From contig NC_043013.1 in assembly GCF_006345805.1 (NCBI RefSeq), positions 25,172,001-25,236,000 of the forward strand: DNA of 64,000 nt. The letters are read 5' to 3'. Shown piece by piece: positions 12,901 through 25,024 of the stretch; position 1 is the first letter of the stretch; the number at the start of each line of letters is the position of its first letter. A program made the translations under genes and the position numbers. Under the pieces are notes generated by a model. It had not been told where the DNA came from and did not search any database. It saw only the letters and a list, made by a program, of their open reading frames with translations. This DNA is from Octopus sinensis. Lineage: Eukaryota.

Positions 12901-13459
12901 AAACAGGAAAAAGATCTGGGTTGGATATGGCTGTTTAAATGCTAAGCGATTAAACAGGTTAGCATAGTCATGGTCCAATCGATTCTTATTCTGTTATTGC
13001 CCTCCTAGACAGGTTGGAGAATCGTGTCTCAGCTTTCATTTTTTGGTTTTGTTTCTCTGGCTGGATGCTCTTCTGATCACCCACAACTTTACAGAGGGTA
13101 TTTAGTGCATTTTATCAACAGTAAATTTGGAAAAGATTATAAATTCCTATTTTCATTCTCCATTATAAATTGGGAGCATTAACTTTTTTTTTAAACTTAT
13201 GCAGTGAAATGGTAGTCCTTATAACAAAATATCTTGCTGTTTGTATTCTGAGTATCTATTCAAATCGTAACAAGTCACATTTGCTTTTCATGGTTTCTGG
13301 GGTTGATAAAACTAAGTACCAGCCAGGGTTGGGTGAACAAGAATGTTAGATTATAGGATATACCTTGTACTTTTTCTGGATCTTTGTGTTCTGAGTCTCT
13401 GAGATTAGTCTTAAATTATCATCCAGTTTAAAACATATCTACCTTGGAGGCTTTTAGCA

Positions 13460-13690
13460 GATTCCGGTTCATCATATATGTATATATCTTTGTGTCTGTA
13501 TTTGTTCCTCCCATCACCACTTAGTGATGGTGTGTTTTGTCTTCATAACTTAGTGGTTCGGCAAAAGAGACTGATAGAATAAGTAGTAGGTATTAAAAAA
13601 TAAGTTCTGGAGTCGGTTTGTTCAACTAAAACCCTTCAAAGTGATGGCACAGCATGGCCACAGTCAAATGACTGAAACAAATAAAAGAAT
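13460..13690 (+). mobile_element. SINE family B, 3' half
   Basis: CATAACTTAGTGGTTCGGCAAAAGAGACTGATAGAATAAG ... CAGCATGGCCACAGTCAAATGACTGAAAC. Confidence 0.75.
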
Positions 13691-13829
13691 ATATATGTGT
13701 TCCATGTAAAAGCACTCAACACACCCTGTAAAGTGATTAGCATTAGAAAGGGCATCCAGCCGTAGAACCTGTGCCAGCATGGATAATGTATGTTAAATGA
13801 TGATAAAATCCCATACGGTGGGCCCAATT

Positions 13830-15560
13830 CAAACTATGAATGTAATAGGTGCATTGGAATTACAAAAACAGATTTTGTATGTGGTAGATGCACAGGAACA
13901 ATAAACACTAAGAGTGCATGGGAAAATAGATGTTCTCAAATGCCCAAGAGATTCCCTAAAGGTTGTAGATAGCTTATGACCTAATTAAGTGGTGGAGGAT
14001 ATTTTGAAAGTATTGTAGTCAGAGTAAGAACAGGCTGGAGAAGGTCCAGTATGTTACTACCCATGTTAGCAACAAAAGGTTTTTCCCTCAGTGAAAGATA
14101 GACTATATGATACTTGTGTATGAACTAGAATTCTACATCGTAGTGAGATGTTGACTCAGAATGAAGCAAGCTTATTCTGCTGGCTATGCAGTATCATTGT
14201 ACATGAACAACAGTACAAATGAGTTTACAGAAAGCCGAGTGTAAGAGAAATCATATGTAGTGTGCACGAGGAAGACTGTGTTGGCTTGGACGACATCATC
14301 GTTTAGCGTCCGCTTTCCATGCTAGCATGGGTTGGACGGCTCAACTGGGATCTGGGAAGCCAGAAGGCTGCACCTGGCCCAGTTTGATCTGGCAATGTTT
14401 CTACGGCCGGATGCCCTTCCTAATGCCAACCACTCCATGAGTGTAGGGGGTGCTTTTTACGTGGCACAGGTGTCAGACGAGTCTGGCAAACAGCCACAAT
14501 TGGATGGTGCTTTTTATGTGCCACCGGCACGGGGGCCAGGCGAGGCTGGCAACGGCCACGAACGGATGGTGCTTTTTACGTGCCGAGAGTTGGATAAGGT
14601 GCTGATGGCTTTACAGTAGATGGAAACTGTGAAAGGGAGGAAATCCAGAAAGATAGGAGTTAGGTAGTAAAACTTGATCAAGTTATGTTGAGCTTAACAC
14701 AGGAGTGACTGAGGTGAATGACAGTATACAGCACTTGAGAAAACGTGTCCAACTAGGATGGCACGGCATAACTGAGTATCTGGATGGATGATGTGTATAC
14801 AGACAACTGATTCCTTCACTCATGTCCCTGCTTCCTTCTCTCAAGCCACTTCCTTTTCATCCCTCTCTCTCTCATTCTTGTTATCAACACTGTTCATATT
14901 TACCATCATCTAGCCATCTTTTGTTCACATTTATCTCTCGCTTTTCCCTCCACCCACATGCAACCTTAACCCCACCTCATCTCTATATTGCTCATCCCCC
15001 TATTACTTTTCTATCTGCTGTATTATTTTGCTCAGGAAAGCAGAGCCTATTATTACGTAGCATATATCACCATTTCTGTCCTACATCCATCCTTCAGTTT
15101 CCGCGTTCTCTTCTATTCACCTTTTTGTGTGTATCACCTTGAGGGTGCATTCTGGCACTTCGTCAGCATCATCTCTACCTCTCTTTCTGGCACTACTCCA
15201 ACCACCCTTGACTACCCATGTAAAATGCGACTTAGCCATGAATCTCCTCCACAACAATAAACATGTTCCTACCATCGTAAACTAGTAACTGTTCCTATCT
15301 CTTAACATCTAGCATGGGGCAACCACCATACCTCCTATCCTCCCTATTGGGTAAGGCAGTTCTTTAACTCTTTAGTTTTGTCAGTTATTAGGTGACCTCA
15401 CTAGCACTGGTGCTACAAAAAAAAAATACCATGCATACTCTGTAAAGTGGTTGATATTAAGAAGGAAGAGGATCCACCTGTCAAAACCATGCCAAAACTA
15501 AGACACCGGTACAAGATGTCGTCCTCTGACCCATTGGACCCTATCCAAGTCTCTGACTCG
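13830..15560 (+). mobile_element. Degenerate RTE-clade LINE (end of ORF2 plus 3' region), interrupted by a second insertion
   Basis: Frameshifted translation gives DFVCGRCTGTIN, then VRVRTGWRRSSMLLPMLATKGFSL and DRLYDTCV, then a GRPRKTW-like C-terminal region after 14620. It ends in the shared RTE-type tail at about 15380-15560. Confidence 0.65.
14294..14584 (-). mobile_element. RTE-type 3' tail or 5'-truncated retroposon with (GAT)n end, nested in the LINE remnant
   Basis: CATCATCGTTTAGCGTCCGCTTTCCATGCTAGCATGGGTTGGAC ... GGATGCCCTTCCTAATGCCAACC, with internal GCTTTTTACGTGCCACCGGCAC units. Confidence 0.75.
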
Positions 15561-15583
15561 TGCCGGCTTGGAAAGTGTATATA

Positions 15584-15589
<6 letters not shown>

Positions 15590-15668
<79 letters not shown>
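15590..15668. repeat. (TA)n microsatellite, one of many; others at about 6900, 7070, 9940, 27310 and 39525
   Basis: Directly visible. Confidence 0.95.
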
Positions 15669-15669
<1 letters not shown>

Positions 15670-15674
<5 letters not shown>

Positions 15675-16022
15675 GGCTGTGTGGTAAGAAGCTTACTTCC
15701 CAACCATATGGTTCCAGGTTCAGTCCCACTGCAAGTGTTTTCTACTATAAGCCCCAGAAAACCAAAGCCTTGTGGTTGGGATGGATTTGATAGCCAGAAA
15801 CTGAAAGAAGCTCATCATATGTGTGTACGTGTCTGGTTGTCCCTTCCTCCATAACTGCTTGATAACCAATGTTGGTGTGTTTACATCCTCATAACTTAGC
15901 AGTTCAGCAAAAGAGAGGAATAGAATAAGTTCTAAGCTTAAGAAATAAATCCTGGGGTTGATTTGAGTAAAAACCTTCGAGACGGTGCTCCAGCATGGCC
16001 ACAATCAAATAACAAGTAAAAG
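15670..16022 (+). mobile_element. Near full-length SINE family B
   Basis: Head GGCTGTGTGGTAAGAAGCTTACTTCCCAACCATATGGTTCCAGGTTCAGTCCC; tail CCAGCATGGCCACAATCAAAT. Confidence 0.8.
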
Positions 16023-16027
16023 AAATA

Positions 16028-16248
16028 TTAGTTTGGTGCATAATTATTGTAGTTTTTTTTTCTCAATAAATTTTATTCCACAAAAACAATAACAATTAAC
16101 AAAGACATCTTTAAATGATTGTTCTGGAGCATATTCACCATCTACTTCAATTACTACTTCCCATTTGCTTGGCAGACGGTCAGACCATCATTTAAGGATG
16201 TTATTGTTTTTGTTGAAAAAAAGCCGCAATAATTATGCACCAACCCAA
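16028..16248 (-). mobile_element. Mariner-derived MITE (internally deleted element) with TA TSD
   Basis: TA|TTAGTTTGGTGCATAATTATTG ... CAATAATTATGCACCAACCCAA|TA, with Hsmar1-like TIRs. The minus strand retains a transposase C-terminus, DRLPSKWEVVIEVDGEY. Confidence 0.85.
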
Positions 16249-16427
16249 TAAATATATATATATACATAGGCCTGTTTTTACCTACATAGAAAACGGAGTC
16301 CATTACATACAATGAATGTTTTACAGAATATTCATAGCAGGCTTCTTTGTTCATTTTTTTTTTTTCTTGCCCAATTAAATTTTTATTTCTGATGTAATTA
16401 TTAAACATCTATTTACAAAACCCTATA

Positions 16428-16640
16428 CAAGGGGGTGCTGCAAAATTCTTGGCTTTAAGGGTATCATAAAAGGCCTGGTTGGAGACCCAACCTTCCAAGT
16501 TCTTTTACAGGGTTTAGAAAAACTGAGGGACTGCTTCAATAAGTGTGTGAATCAGAGAGAGGAATATGTTGAATAAAATCAGTTAACTGATCATCCTGTG
16601 TTTTCTTTTACCCAGAACCAGGAACTTTCATTCCACCTTG
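16428..16640 (+). mobile_element. Second mariner-derived MITE with TA TSD
   Basis: TA|CAAGGGGGTGCTGCAAAATTCTTGG ... CCAGGAACTTTCATTCCACCTTG|TA. It retains the transposase C-terminus GLEKLRDCFNKCVNQREEYVE*. Confidence 0.75.
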
Positions 16641-17659
16641 TATTGTATTCACTTGGTGAAAATATAGGTGAAAAATGCTTACAGATGAGGCCTTAATGAT
16701 TAAGGGGACACTAATGATAAATCTGTTGCTGTATGTGTACACAATGCATGTCAGTGGTGAAACAGCATACATTAAAAGAAAGAACAAAAAAAAAAAAACA
16801 GACTGCATACAAAAATATACCATCCAGGCTAATTGACAAATACTTGTTCACCTACAACCACTAGCCAACAGACTAGCTGCTGCTGCTGCTTTGTCTATTC
16901 TATCCAAGTTTCTGCTCTTCTGAATAAGTAAGCTATGTATCATCTCAACACAACCCACCTGATGTTTTATATCCCCCACTTATTATATACTGCACTATCT
17001 TGTCTGGAGGACCTTACACTGAACAACTTTGCCTATGTTACTGCTGTTGTTGTTGTTGTTGTTTTAAATCTCAGATAAGACCTGAATGAGTATACAGTTA
17101 TGACTGTCTCCAGTATGTTGTGATTTTAAGAAATTTTGCTATTTCTGGCAGTTAGACTCACTGTATAGGGGCTCTTTGTTAGTATGTTTACTGCATATAT
17201 ACATACATACCTCTGAAAGTTGAGGTTGAACATTTTTTTTCCCTCACCAATTTAGTAGCATCTACAAAAGAACCACAGGTGCTGCTCCTTGCAGTTGAAT
17301 ATTTAAAAACAAATCTTCTATAAAATTTCAAACCTGATATGCACTAAGATTGAGTAAGCTGCTTTTGATTTAAGAAATCATGTTGTCTTCACAGAATTCA
17401 ACAGTTGAAGCTTTGTTACAGTAATAGATTCTGCTTTGACATAAAAAAAAAATCAACAAGAATTTACATGACACTTTCAGCAACAGTTGATAAGCAGTTG
17501 AAACAGGGAAACAGCATCTGATCTTATTAACTAAATCCTCCAGCAGAGGAAAAGCATTTTAAGCACCTGTTGCAAAGCTTTAACAGTGCTTGCAATTATA
17601 ACATTCACAAACTCATGGTTTAATCAATAATTCCCCCAACTTCCCACTTGTGTTTTCCA

Positions 17660-17960
17660 CATGAAATGGTTCCTTTCGAGTGCTGGGCCTCACTGAGGCA
17701 AAGTGGCTGAGCTCCTTTCAAGTGCTGGGAGTCACGGAGGCAATGACCATGCATGCACTTTTGACATTGTCATGCTTGACAAGACCCATCAAGCCAAGCA
17801 AAATCCAGTTGTGGTACATAAAAGCACCCATTATTACCATCCAGGCTAATTGACAAATACTTGTTCACCTACAGCCACTAGCCAACAGACTAGCTGCTGT
17901 CACTGCTTTGTCAAACTATCCAACCCATGCCAGCATGGGTAACAGACATTAAATGATGTG
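17660..17960 (+). mobile_element. RTE-type 3' tail whose middle is replaced by a copy of nearby unique DNA
   Basis: GACAAGACCCATCAAGCCAAGC and TCCAACCCATGCCAGCATGG flank a segment that is nearly identical to 16818-16905. Confidence 0.6.
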
Positions 17961-18754
17961 TTTAAAAGAGGTTCCGCTTTTTAACAAATATATTGTTCTC
18001 AAATAGAAGAATTCAGATTTACTACACAGGGTTGCTCGCTATGAGCATTGTTCATGTGAAGCAGTACTAAAAGTCATGGTCTGTGAGCCATCAGCTACCT
18101 GTACACAACAAGTCTCCAGAAAAGAAACATTATAAAATACTTATGTAATATTGTTTATTATTTGTTTACAAAATAAATATAAGATTAAAAACTTGTCAGC
18201 TTTTATTATATTCAGTATTTATATTGTTTCCGGTATAAATTAACATTACTAAGAAATATTACCGGTCCCTGGCACATTGTGGGGGAAAAAAACTGCCTGT
18301 ATGCTACATCAGATAGTTTGAGAAGCACTGCTATAAAGAACATATCAACATGTTTTCGCAACAAAGTAGATGAAATATAACCCCTGGTTAATCATTAAAT
18401 GCAAGTATAGGATCTTGTGTATGTAATGCAGTGAGTTGAAAAATTTCAACTCTAGTTTTTCATGAAATTAAACTAAACTTGCTTTTGAAGCATCTGAAAT
18501 CGAACAAATATGAAAGATAACCAATAAAATCAATTAATTGAAATTTTTTGGAAAATATAGAAAATGCTGTATGCAAGTAGATCTGGTCTTTCGTTTTTAA
18601 ATCATCTGATTTTGGGGGGAATTGGGGGTTGTTTGTTTTTTTTAACAGAAGTTTACCAAACATAGCACACCATTTCATCAGCATTTCTGCCATGATATAC
18701 ATTCAGTATTTATTATTGAGCTATATTAATCATTCACTTATAGAAATATTATTT

Positions 18755-18945
18755 GTACTAGTGCTGGCACCACTTAAAAAGCACCCAGTACACTCTGTGG
18801 AGTTGTTAGCATTAGGAAGGGCATCCAGCTATAGAAACCATGCCAGAACAGAGAGGGGAGCCTATTGAGGCCCTTTACCCCATCAGCTCTGGTCAAACTA
18901 TCCAACCCATGCCAGCATGGAAAACATATCAAATCATGATGTTGA
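18755..18945 (+). mobile_element. RTE-type 3' tail
   Basis: AAAAAGCACCCAGTACACTCTG ... TTAGGAAGGGCATCCAGC ... CCAACCCATGCCAGCATGGAAAAC ... GATGTTGATGA. Confidence 0.75.
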
Positions 18946-19311
18946 TGACTAGTATGTATAAATATGTTGCAATTTTAGATTGATTTATTAAGGCTTATCA
19001 CTTGATATCTATGTTATGTGTCAGTGATACTTAATGCTCAGTTGAAGCTTCTTCAGTTTCTCTCTACAACCATCTTGATCTGAAATGCTTCTAATGTTGC
19101 TTGTGGTTTCATATCCTGGTTTAATAACATTACAGTTCTTTTGTAATTTGTTATGCAACCTTTCGAAAAGAAGGTTATTGTTTGAACAGCAAAAATAGTT
19201 GTTTGTTCAATCCTAGAGGATTGGTTAAAATGAGGAAAGCAATGATACTTTTTAACTGTTTCCCTATTTTTCTGTGTGGGTGATTATGGTTGATTATTTA
19301 GGATGATTATA

Positions 19312-19865
19312 GACACAGGTGTGGCCATGTGGTAAAAAGTTTACTTTTCAACCACATGGTTCCAGCTTCAGTCACACCATTTCACCTTGGTAAATATCTT
19401 CTATAGCCCTAGGCTGACCAAAGCCTTGTGAGTAGTTTTAGTAGAAGGAAACTGAAAGAAGCTTGTGTGTATACAGGCACAGGCATGGCTGTGTGGTACA
19501 AAATTTGATTCCCAACCACATGGTTCTGGGTTCAGTGCCACTGGCACTTTCGGCAAGTGTCTTCTATAGCCTCGGGCCAACCAAAGCCACATGAGTGGAT
19601 ATGGTAGATGAAAACTGAAAGAAGCTCGTGTGTAGTGTTTATGTATGTAATGTATATATGTGTCTTTGCTTGTTTGCCCCCCACCCCAATCACGTAACAA
19701 CTTCTGTTGGTGTGTTTACATCCCCATTACAAAATGGTTCGCCAAGAGACCGATAGAATAAACCCTAGCTTTAAGAAAAAGAGTACTGGGATCAATTCAG
19801 TGAACTAAGACTCTTCAAGGGGGTGCCCCAGCATGACCACATGACTGAAACAAGTAAAAGATAAG
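19312..19865 (+). mobile_element. SINE family B: a truncated copy followed by a full-length copy
   Basis: Two successive heads at about 19312 and 19478, and a single tail ending GACTGAAACAAGTAAAAGA. Confidence 0.75.
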
Positions 19866-20599
19866 ACTCCAGACTTATTACTTCTCCCCCCCCCCATCCC
19901 CACCCCACCTTTTTATGTTGGTTTAAGTAGATGATTATTAACTTTTTGTTGGCAAAAGTTGGAATATTATGAAATTCTGTAAATTTAGTTCAATTGTAAC
20001 CAAAGCTGTTTTTGTGCCAAAGATTTTCAAGGAGCTCGTTAATGGAACTTCGTCTGAAATGAATTTGGAAAGTTGCTGAAATAATTTGTATTTGCCCTGA
20101 ATTAGATATTTACATAAATTCATTTTTTTTTTTTTATACCAAATTGGTAAATGTTTAAATATTAATTTTTTTTATTTATTTGATTTTATTGGTGCGTAGT
20201 GAAAACTGTTTGAAGGAGGGAGGATAGAATCTGAGGAAGTAGCTAAGCATCAGATACACTTGTTAATCATCATCATGGCCATTTTTCTATGCTGACATAG
20301 ATTAGTTTTATTGAAGCAGATTTTCTCTGGCTGGATGCCCTTCCTGCCACCAACCCTCACCAGTCTCCAAGCAAGGTAATAAAATCCCTGTGGTTAGACA
20401 TGATCTCATAGGATACTGGAAATGATTGACACTACTTCTATAACAGCAACAGTCATTTTACAGCTATCATGTATCAAAACAACAAGGCACAAACATACAT
20501 GGATTCCCACATATTTATGAGAGTTCGTGTGTGTGAATCAATATATATCGACATCACGACGAAGAAGAATGGATAATTATACAACTTTAAAATTTGTTT

Positions 20600-20965
20600 A
20601 TTGTTCTTCTATTTTCAGTCATTTGACTGTGGCCATGCTGGAGCACTGCCTTTGGTCAAACAAATCGACCCTAGTACTTATTCTATTGGTCTCTTTTGCC
20701 GAACCGTTAAGTTACGGGGACATAAACGCACCAGCATCACTTGTCACAATGATGGGGAGGGGGGCAAACACAGACACACAAACATACGTATATATATGTT
20801 TCAGTCATTTTGACTGCGGTCATGCTGGAGCACCACCTTTAGTTGAACAAATTGACTCCAGGATTTATTCTATCAGTCTCTTTTGCAGAACTGCTAAGTT
20901 AAAGGGATGTAATCACACCATCATCGGTTGTCAAGTGATGGTGGGAGGACAAACACACTCAAGTA
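20600..20965 (-). mobile_element. Two tandem SINE family B 3' halves
   Basis: TTTCAGTCATTT(T)GACTG(T/C)GG(C/T)CATGCTGGAGCAC occurs at about 20612 and 20798. Confidence 0.75.
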
Positions 20966-21010
20966 CATGCACACACAAATACATCCATATATATATATAT
21001 ATATATATAT

Positions 21011-21225
21011 TTCAAAATGTGACCGCGTGTGTACCGTTGGGGATTTTTTTTTTTTTTTTTTCCTGTCTTCCCTTCTCTGGATCTTTCCTTCTATGTTTCT
21101 GACGAAGAGCTCCGCTCGAAACGTTAAACCTCCTTCTTTCCTGAGCGTCCAATAATACTATATTTGTTCCACGTCCTCGCGTTATTGTGTTTTTTTGTGC
21201 TTTCATGTTTGGATTAACTATAAAT
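21011..21225 (+). mobile_element. Penelope-like terminal-repeat fragment between (TA)n tracts
   Basis: Carries a CTGACGAAGAGC...GCTCGAAACGTT hammerhead motif of the kind typical of Penelope-like element termini. It is CpG-rich compared with its surroundings. Confidence 0.55.
21095..21129 (+). ncRNA. Minimal type I hammerhead ribozyme motif
   Basis: Stem I GUUU(21095-98)/AAAC(21126-29). Core CUGACGA plus an extra A. Stem II GAGC-UCC-GCUC. GAAA, then a palindromic stem III ACGU. Predicted cleavage is after GUU at 21125. Confidence 0.65.
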
Positions 21226-21719
21226 ATATATATATATATATACACACACATACACACACACACGACGGGCCTCTTTTAGTTTCTGTCTACCAAATCCACT
21301 CGTACCATCTTAATGTTCTTTGTAGCATTTTGGTGTATTTACTTGATTTGGTTGCAGTGCATGTTCCTCCAGGTTAGACATTCCTATGCTGCTTTGCTCA
21401 AGGTTTTACTCATGCTAACGGGTGAAGCGAACTGAGGATTCCAGTGTTAGTCCTTCTTAAAGTATATTCTAGGTGAGGGAATCGTTAAACCTTTGGGTAC
21501 ATGACAGTAGATGTATGGCAGACTTCTTTCAGTTTCTGTCTGCCAAATCCACTCAGAAGGCTTTGGTCAGCCCAGAGTTGTTATATTAGAATACACTTGC
21601 CAAAATGTCACACAGTAGGACTGAACCCAGAACCATGTGTTTGGGAAGCAAACCTCTTACACTACATCCACACTTGTCTGCATGAGAATTGCTGTGGATA
21701 TGAATGATGCCCAGAGATT

Positions 21720-22130
21720 CTTTTCTACTCTAGGCACAAGGCCTGAAATTTTTGGGGAGGGGCCCAGTTGATTTGATTGACCCCAGTATGCAACTAGTAC
21801 TTAATTTGTTGACCTCAGCAGAATTTGAACTCAGAACGTAAAGACAGACAAAATACCACCAAGCATTTTGCCCGGCATGCTAAAGTTTCTGTCAGCTCAC
21901 TGCCTTAAAATAATTTCTACTGTAGGAACAAGGCCCAACATTTTGGAGGGGGGGGGGGCTGTCGATTAGATCGACCCCAATATGCAAATGGTACTTAATT
22001 TATCAACCCCGAAAAGATGAAAGGCAAAGTTAACCTCGGCAGAATTTGAACTAAGAACATTAAAGACAGACAAAATACTGCCAAGCATTTCGCCCGGCAA
22101 TCCTAAAATTTCTGCCAGCTCGCCACCTTA
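21720..22130 (-). mobile_element. Two tandem SINE family A copies
   Basis: GCAGAATTTGAACT(C/A)AGAAC ... AAGCATTT(T/C)GCCCGGCA repeated twice. Confidence 0.75.
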
Positions 22131-22749
22131 TGATGCCCTGAGATTGGCATAGAAAGGGATCTAACAGTAGAAATGAATCAGAGATTAATGTCAAATTTGA
22201 AAATATGAGATTGCTTCATAACACCAAAACAATATATTGTACACTAGTCTGTTAGACCAGTATTTATTTATTTTATGTTTCATAAATCATCTTTAATTAA
22301 AAACAAAGAATCTTTAAATTAATTTTCATTCAAGTTACCAATTGTTATTGAATATTTATTTATAAATTAACATAGGTGGTGTTCCAGCATGGCCACAGCC
22401 AAATGACTGAAACTAATAAAAGAATAGCAATAGAGGTTTATTTATTGGTCTCTTTACTGTGTCTTGCCCATCATGGTTGATTTTTGTTTTATTCAATTTT
22501 TTTTTTCTTTTCCGCCTTTCATTTCCACAAATTGATAAAATATAAATACACCAGACGAGTAGTGGGTGTCAGTTCTATTATATTCCTGTAGACTTATGAT
22601 GCAATTAACCAAATGCACCAAGTATGTGATACATTGAGACTTCAATAGACTCTGAAATAGGGCGTTGTGTAATGTTACATCATCGTCGTCTTTAACGTTC
22701 ACCTTTCATGCATATGAATTTTTAAATAAAACAAAAGTACTATATATAT

Positions 22750-23130
22750 ATAAAGAAATTTGCTTCCCAAGCACATGGTTCCAAGTTCAATCCTATAGTG
22801 CAGTACCTTGGGCAAGTGTCTGTTATTGCCCTAGGTTCAAAGCTTTGTGAATTGATTTGGTTGATGGAAACTGGAAGAAGCTTCTGTGTGTGTGTTATAC
22901 TCATACACATTTATGTACATATCTGTGTCTTTGTGTTTGTCCCTCATTACCACTTGGCAGCTGGTGTTGGTTTGTTTACATCCATGTAATGTCATCAGTT
23001 AGTGTAAGAGACCAACAGAATAAGCACCAGGTTTTAAATAAATGCTAATCAATTCATTTGACTAAAGCCCTTCAAGACAATGCCCCAGTATGGCCACATC
23101 CCAATGACTGACACAAATAAAAAGTGTGTG
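22750..23130 (+). mobile_element. SINE family B
   Basis: Head TTGCTTCCCAAGCACATGGTTCCAAGTTCAATCC ... GTACCTTGGGCAAGTGTCT; tail CCAGTATGGCCACA. Confidence 0.75.
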
Positions 23131-23464
23131 TGTGTGTACTTCAGTTTTGTGTGTGTGTGTATGCCTAATTTATTCTCTGCCTCAGTTGACACTATAATTT
23201 TATTGATATGTGTCAACACAACGATCTCTACGCTTATTATGTATGATGTTTTTCACTTCCCTTTTGTATTTTTCAATAATCCAAGCTTAGCCAGGCTAAG
23301 ATTCATACCTCCTGAAGTTCATAGACTTTGAATTAATTGCTCTGTGATAAGCTACTAAGGATAATGAGGATTAGGAAACATTTAATTGGGTCAGTCACAT
23401 AATCTAATGCATATTAATAATGAAAACAATAACACAGCATTTTATTTTCATTATTCACCTCTTG

Positions 23465-23920
23465 TAGGGCAATGAACTGGCAGAATCTTTAATACACTAG
23501 ATGAAATGCTTGGTGGTATTTCGCCTGTCGCTACTTTCTGAGTTCAAATTCCACTGAGTTGACTTTGTCATTCATCCTTTCAGGGTCGATAAATCAAGTA
23601 CCAGTGAAACGCTGGGGATTGATGTAATCGACTAGTCCCCTCCCCACAAATTTGAGGCCTTGTGCCTCCATTAGTAAAGGTTATTATTCACCACTTGTAA
23701 GGCAATGAGCTGGCAGAATCACTAGCACGCTGGGCAAAATTCTTAGCGGTATCTCTTTCCTCGTGTTCTGAGTTCAAATTCTGCCATGGTTGACTAAGCT
23801 TTTCATCCTTTCAGGGTCAATAAAATATGCACCAATTGAACACTGAGGTTGATGTAATTGACTTACCTCCTCCCCTGAAATTGCTGATCTTGTGCCAAAA
23901 TTTGAAATCCTTATTATTCA
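23465..23920 (+). mobile_element. Two tandem SINE family A copies
   Basis: Heads GGCAATGA(A/G)CTGGCAGAATC at about 23468 and 23701, each followed by TTCTGAGTTCAAATTC and TTCATCCTTTCAGGGTC. Confidence 0.8.
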
Positions 23921-24054
23921 CCTCTTGCTTCAAAACTTTCTACTAATTTTATCTGCATGAGGATTTAATTAGTAAAGAAGTTTATTAGACAATTAAAAAT
24001 CAGATAAAAAATTCTTCATATGGGAATCTGAACTTCTATATAATTTAACTTGCA

Positions 24055-24265
24055 TGGAAAGCACCTGTGCTGGTGACACTTAAAAAGCACTCCATACACC
24101 CTATTAAGTGGTTGGCATTAGGAAGGGTATCTAGGGACCATGTTGAAACAGACAATTGGATTCTGGTGCAGTTTTCTGGCTTGCCAGCTCCTGTCAAACC
24201 ATCCAATCCATGCCAGCACGGAAATGGACATTAAATGGCACTGATGATGATGATGATGATGATGA
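24055..24265 (+). mobile_element. RTE-type 3' tail with (GAT)n end
   Basis: AAAAAGCACTCC ... TGGCATTAGGAAGGG ... CCATGCCAGCACGGAAATGGACATTAAAT ... (GAT)n. Confidence 0.75.
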
Positions 24266-25024
24266 ATGGTAAAGAATAACTTAAATACATCTTAACACTT
24301 TTGACATGGATTATTTATAAACTTAAAGTACTACAGGCCACTGTCATTTTAATATACATCAGGAAAACAGAAAACTAGCAGAATTGTTTTTTATCAAATC
24401 AATGTTTAATTTTATTCTGTAGTTCACCATTTTTTAAATTCAAAATTGAGAGTTAAAAGAAAACAATTGGTGCTGCTTTAGTGTGCACCCTACCTGGCCA
24501 TTTACACTTCTGCAGACAGTTTAATCCTATTCCTAACCCAGGTCAGGTCATTTCCATGTAGACTACAGATAATGTGGTAGACCACATGCTAAAGTGGCAC
24601 CAAAAAGTTACTTGCATTAAATTGAAATTGACTTAATTTGCATATTCAATTAACTGATCGATTTCACTTGGATCTTGATGCAAATGGTCCAATATTTTAA
24701 AAAGTGATGCCATTATGCAAAATTGACTAATATTATATTTAGAACCTGGTGATGGAAAGGAAGACTTGTAGCTTAATCTTGGTTTTACCAATGTTTAGAG
24801 GTTCTTCTGAAATAAAATATATTTGAAATTTCTTTGATAATTTTGACTAGATAGTGTTTAGTTACAAAAATGTCTTAGAACCATTTGATATCAGAATAGC
24901 ACCGGTTAATGAATTAAGTATTGAACTTCTTAGTTGAAGATGTTCTTAGTTCCAGCTTGGCAGTTTGCCTGTTTCTAGCAGTTATTCATAAACTACTCTG
25001 CAGCATTGAGGAATTATTGTTATT

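Noticed and set aside
20527-21102. Longest ORF in the track (191 aa, plus strand)
   Set aside because: It reads through two antisense SINE family B halves, a (TA)n tract and poly-T. There is no protein-like content.
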